Source of the DNA: Perkinsus olseni | Lineage: Eukaryota | Reading direction: 5' to 3' | Length of the DNA: 33,902 nucleotides | NCBI GenBank assembly: GCA_013115125.1 | Contig: JABANN010000380.1 | Location: 1 to 33,902 of the forward strand | Part shown: positions 32,437-33,902 of the stretch, one piece after another | Layout: each line of letters opens with the position of its first letter | Numbering within the stretch: position 1 is the first letter of the stretch | Program-made: the position numbers and the translations under genes | The notes under the pieces: model-generated | Seen by the model: the letters and a program-made list of their open reading frames with translations, nothing else | Databases searched by the model: none | What the model was told of the DNA's origin: nothing

Positions 32437-33232
32437 GGGCCTATTTCATAGGACGATATTCCTTAGGATCCTAAGGGATTAGGATGCCTTTTTAGGCCTT
32501 ATGGCTTTCACATGGACCGATTCCTAAGCTTAGGTCATGAGGGTAGGACATTAAGATCTTAACATTTTGGATTTAGGACGCGGTTATGACTTTAGGATAG
32601 GCCGTTAAAAGTCCTAACTTAGGACGTACGGATTTCACAAGGCACTTTTTTTAACGTTAGGACACGTTGTTTAGGACAAGATCGTGAAGCAGCTCGGGGG
32701 GTAGTTAATAGGCATCCTAACCGCGGAAATGGTAGCCGTGACACGTCCCGCTCCGCTAGAAGCTCCCTGGTCGGTCCTCTTCCGGCACATGTCACGTCGG
32801 GACTTGTGTATTTTCGCAAGTTTAATTTCGGCGGCGTGCTGTGCAGTCTGTCTGGAAGTGCACTGCGAGTTGCAGGCTGCAATCATTGCAGTACTTTTCT
32901 CGTAGGTCCAGCGCCTGAGGTAGTCAACAAGGTCTCATCTTCATGGCCCGCGATTCAAGTGTTGTAGCTTGGTAGGTTAAGTAACGCCACTGTCACCCGT
33001 GAGGCCGTCGGTTCGAAACTGGTAAATCGCATTTTTCTCCTCTTTTGCTTGGTATGGTAGGTTAGGACGTCTTTATCCTGAAATAAGGACGTCTTTAAAA
33101 TTAGGATCCTACTGTCCTTTGAGGATTCTCATGTGAAACCGCTTGACTCTTTTAAGGACGTCCTAAGGTTAGGATCCTTTTTTTAAGACGTCCTAAATCC
33201 TAACCGGTTAGGATTTCTTGTGAAATAGGCCC
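32437..33232. mobile_element. PIF/Harbinger-type MITE, 796 bp
   Basis: Perfect 12-bp TIRs GGGCCTATTTCA...TGAAATAGGCCC. 3-bp TSD CTG at 32434-32436 and 33233-33235. Dense subterminal TTAGGA/TCCTAA motifs at both ends. No transposase ORF. Confidence 0.9.
32950..33031 (+). pseudogene. tRNA-Asp(GTC)-like relic inside the MITE
   Basis: GCGATT...AATCGC-A acceptor pairing, A-box TAGCTTGGTAGG, loop CTGTCAC, T-arm GTCGG-TTCGAAA-CTGGT, then a TTTTT terminator. The anticodon stem is broken and there are ~8 extra nt after the 5' acceptor strand. Confidence 0.5.
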
Positions 33233-33720
33233 CTGAGCACGGCCTCGAGTGAAGGTGCGATGAGAAGCATGAGAACTGGATTGCAGCAGATTATGGTCAT
33301 TGTTTAAGGTTCGATGAGAAGATGACTGTCTCTTTTTTTAATAGTCCCAAGCTGCGGGCTGTCGTTGCTCCCGCCTTGCCCGCGGCCTCCCTGTTCAAGC
33401 TAGTGACTTCAACGCACTCGACTCGAGTGACTCGAGCCATTTGGTCACAGGCCTTGTGACACAGGGTTCACGGTAAACCGTTCACCCTCCCCCACCTGTT
33501 AGCCAAGAGGTCTCGGGATCGACCCTCGTGACTTCCCGTTTGAAGAAATGAATCTGGACCTCAAAGGCGATTCTGGAATTGGCATTACAGTGTAAAAAAT
33601 ATGTGAGCTTCGACTCGACGTTCTCCGGTCGGGATTTTTGCAGACATTACCTTTACCATTGTCCGATTACATGCCTGCCAATCGATCGCGGCGTATGCCA
33701 CCACCATCCCTAACTCCAGG

Positions 33721-33821
33721 TGGCCCCCCCCCCGGGGGGGGGGGCCCCCCCCCCGGGGGGCCCCCGGGGGGGGGCCCCCCCCCCCCCCCCCCCGGAACCC
33801 CCCGACCCCCCCCCCCCCCCC
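33721..33821. other. G/C homopolymer low-complexity tract, probably low-quality sequence near the contig end
   Basis: Alternating long C and G runs. Confidence 0.7.
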
Positions 33822-33902
33822 AACAAAACGGACCCGCGCCGATCCACAGCTGTCGAGACGCTCGCATCAGTCATTCCTTACTGCACGGCTCCCCTCATGC
33901 GC

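Larger units (their letters stand above)
31373..33300 (-). pseudogene. Multi-exon secreted protein gene whose first exon is interrupted by the MITE
   Basis: Removing 32437-33232 plus one CTG joins MTIICCNPVLMLLIAPSLEAVLS to SGEGETVALEE in frame. Further protein-like minus-strand segments lie at 32000-32215 and 31373-31605. Internal exon structure is unresolved. Confidence 0.6.

Noticed and set aside
33667-33867. Gly/Pro-rich ORF or G-quadruplex element
   Set aside because: It derives from G/C homopolymer runs typical of low-quality sequence near a contig end.

Overview
Eukaryotic genomic DNA from an intron-rich protist. The 42-58 nt GT-AG introns, an alveolate-type mitochondrial rpS16 and the expanded families of small Cys-rich secreted proteins suggest a Perkinsus-like perkinsozoan alveolate (inference; no search was run). 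The first ~14 kb is mostly housekeeping: an intronless MgtE-type Mg2+ transporter, a 5-exon TRAPP subunit (Trs23/TRAPPC4), a 6-exon mitochondrial ribosomal protein S16, a spliced Cys-rich membrane protein, a Thr-rich mucin-like secreted protein and a mitochondrial carrier. From ~17.5 kb on it is an accessory region: a ~4 kb tandem segmental duplication with a 96-N gap, secreted-protein paralogues and pseudogenes, a complete 699-bp TRIM retroelement, a 796-bp Harbinger-type MITE that splits a signal-peptide exon, a 14-bp minisatellite next to a candidate minimal hammerhead ribozyme, and tRNA-like relics. The most unusual signal is a window-wide mutational signature: chained palindromes with a single central base. 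Paralogue comparison indicates they are templated fold-back insertions, and two of them disrupt genes. Exon coordinates were worked out by hand. Regions ~14.5-17.4 kb and 2.0-3.4 kb are only partly resolved.
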